Source: Mytilus edulis (lineage: Eukaryota). From it: DNA of 64,000 nt. The position numbers and the translations under genes are program-made. Below the pieces are notes generated by a model. That model did not search any database. It was not told the DNA's origin and saw nothing but the letters and a program-made list of their open reading frames with translations. Shown piece by piece: positions 63,874-64,000 of the stretch; the stretch's first letter is position 1, and every line of letters begins with the position of its first letter. Where the stretch lies: positions 37,882,001-37,946,000 of the forward strand of contig NC_092347.1 of the NCBI RefSeq assembly GCF_963676685.1, in the 5' to 3' direction.

Positions 63874-64000
63874 GTATGTTTGTGTCACAACTAAAATACT
63901 ATAAATTCAGAAATAATTGCGATAATTCAAACTCTCATTTTGAAGTTTTTTATATGAATTTAACAGGATTTTTCTCAATATCGCAAAAATTATGATCGAA

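Overview
AT-rich, intron-containing eukaryotic DNA. The repeat families and gene content suggest a bivalve mollusc, probably Mytilus (inference, not proven). Two host genes lie on the + strand. (1) 8261-14700 is a 4-coding-exon gene that I splice with consistent phases into about 1499 aa: DZIP3-like HEPN domain with an intact R-x4-H RNase motif (RNLIAH), coiled coil, nSTAND3-type P-loop NTPase, about 13 ankyrin repeats and a hydrophobic C-terminus. This effector-STAND-sensor layout resembles an NLR/Avs immune receptor with a built-in RNase and is the best candidate for a little-described system here. A minimal hammerhead ribozyme lies in sense about 400 nt after its stop codon. (2) 34123 to beyond 64000 is TP53BP1 (53BP1), with 28 traced coding exons including the oligomerisation region, tandem Tudor, UDR and the start of BRCT, plus a candidate promoter/first exon near 26.3 kb. 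The rest is nested mobile DNA: an Academ-like remnant, a Penelope-like element split by a Ginger-like TIR element, a decayed APE-RT LINE carrying an IS3EU-type and a MULE-type insertion, a second 5.4-kb IS3EU-type element, Helentron-associated (HINE/DINE-1-like) elements with tandem arrays, a V-SINE, foldbacks and many MITEs. All family assignments come from motif recognition by eye; no searches were run.
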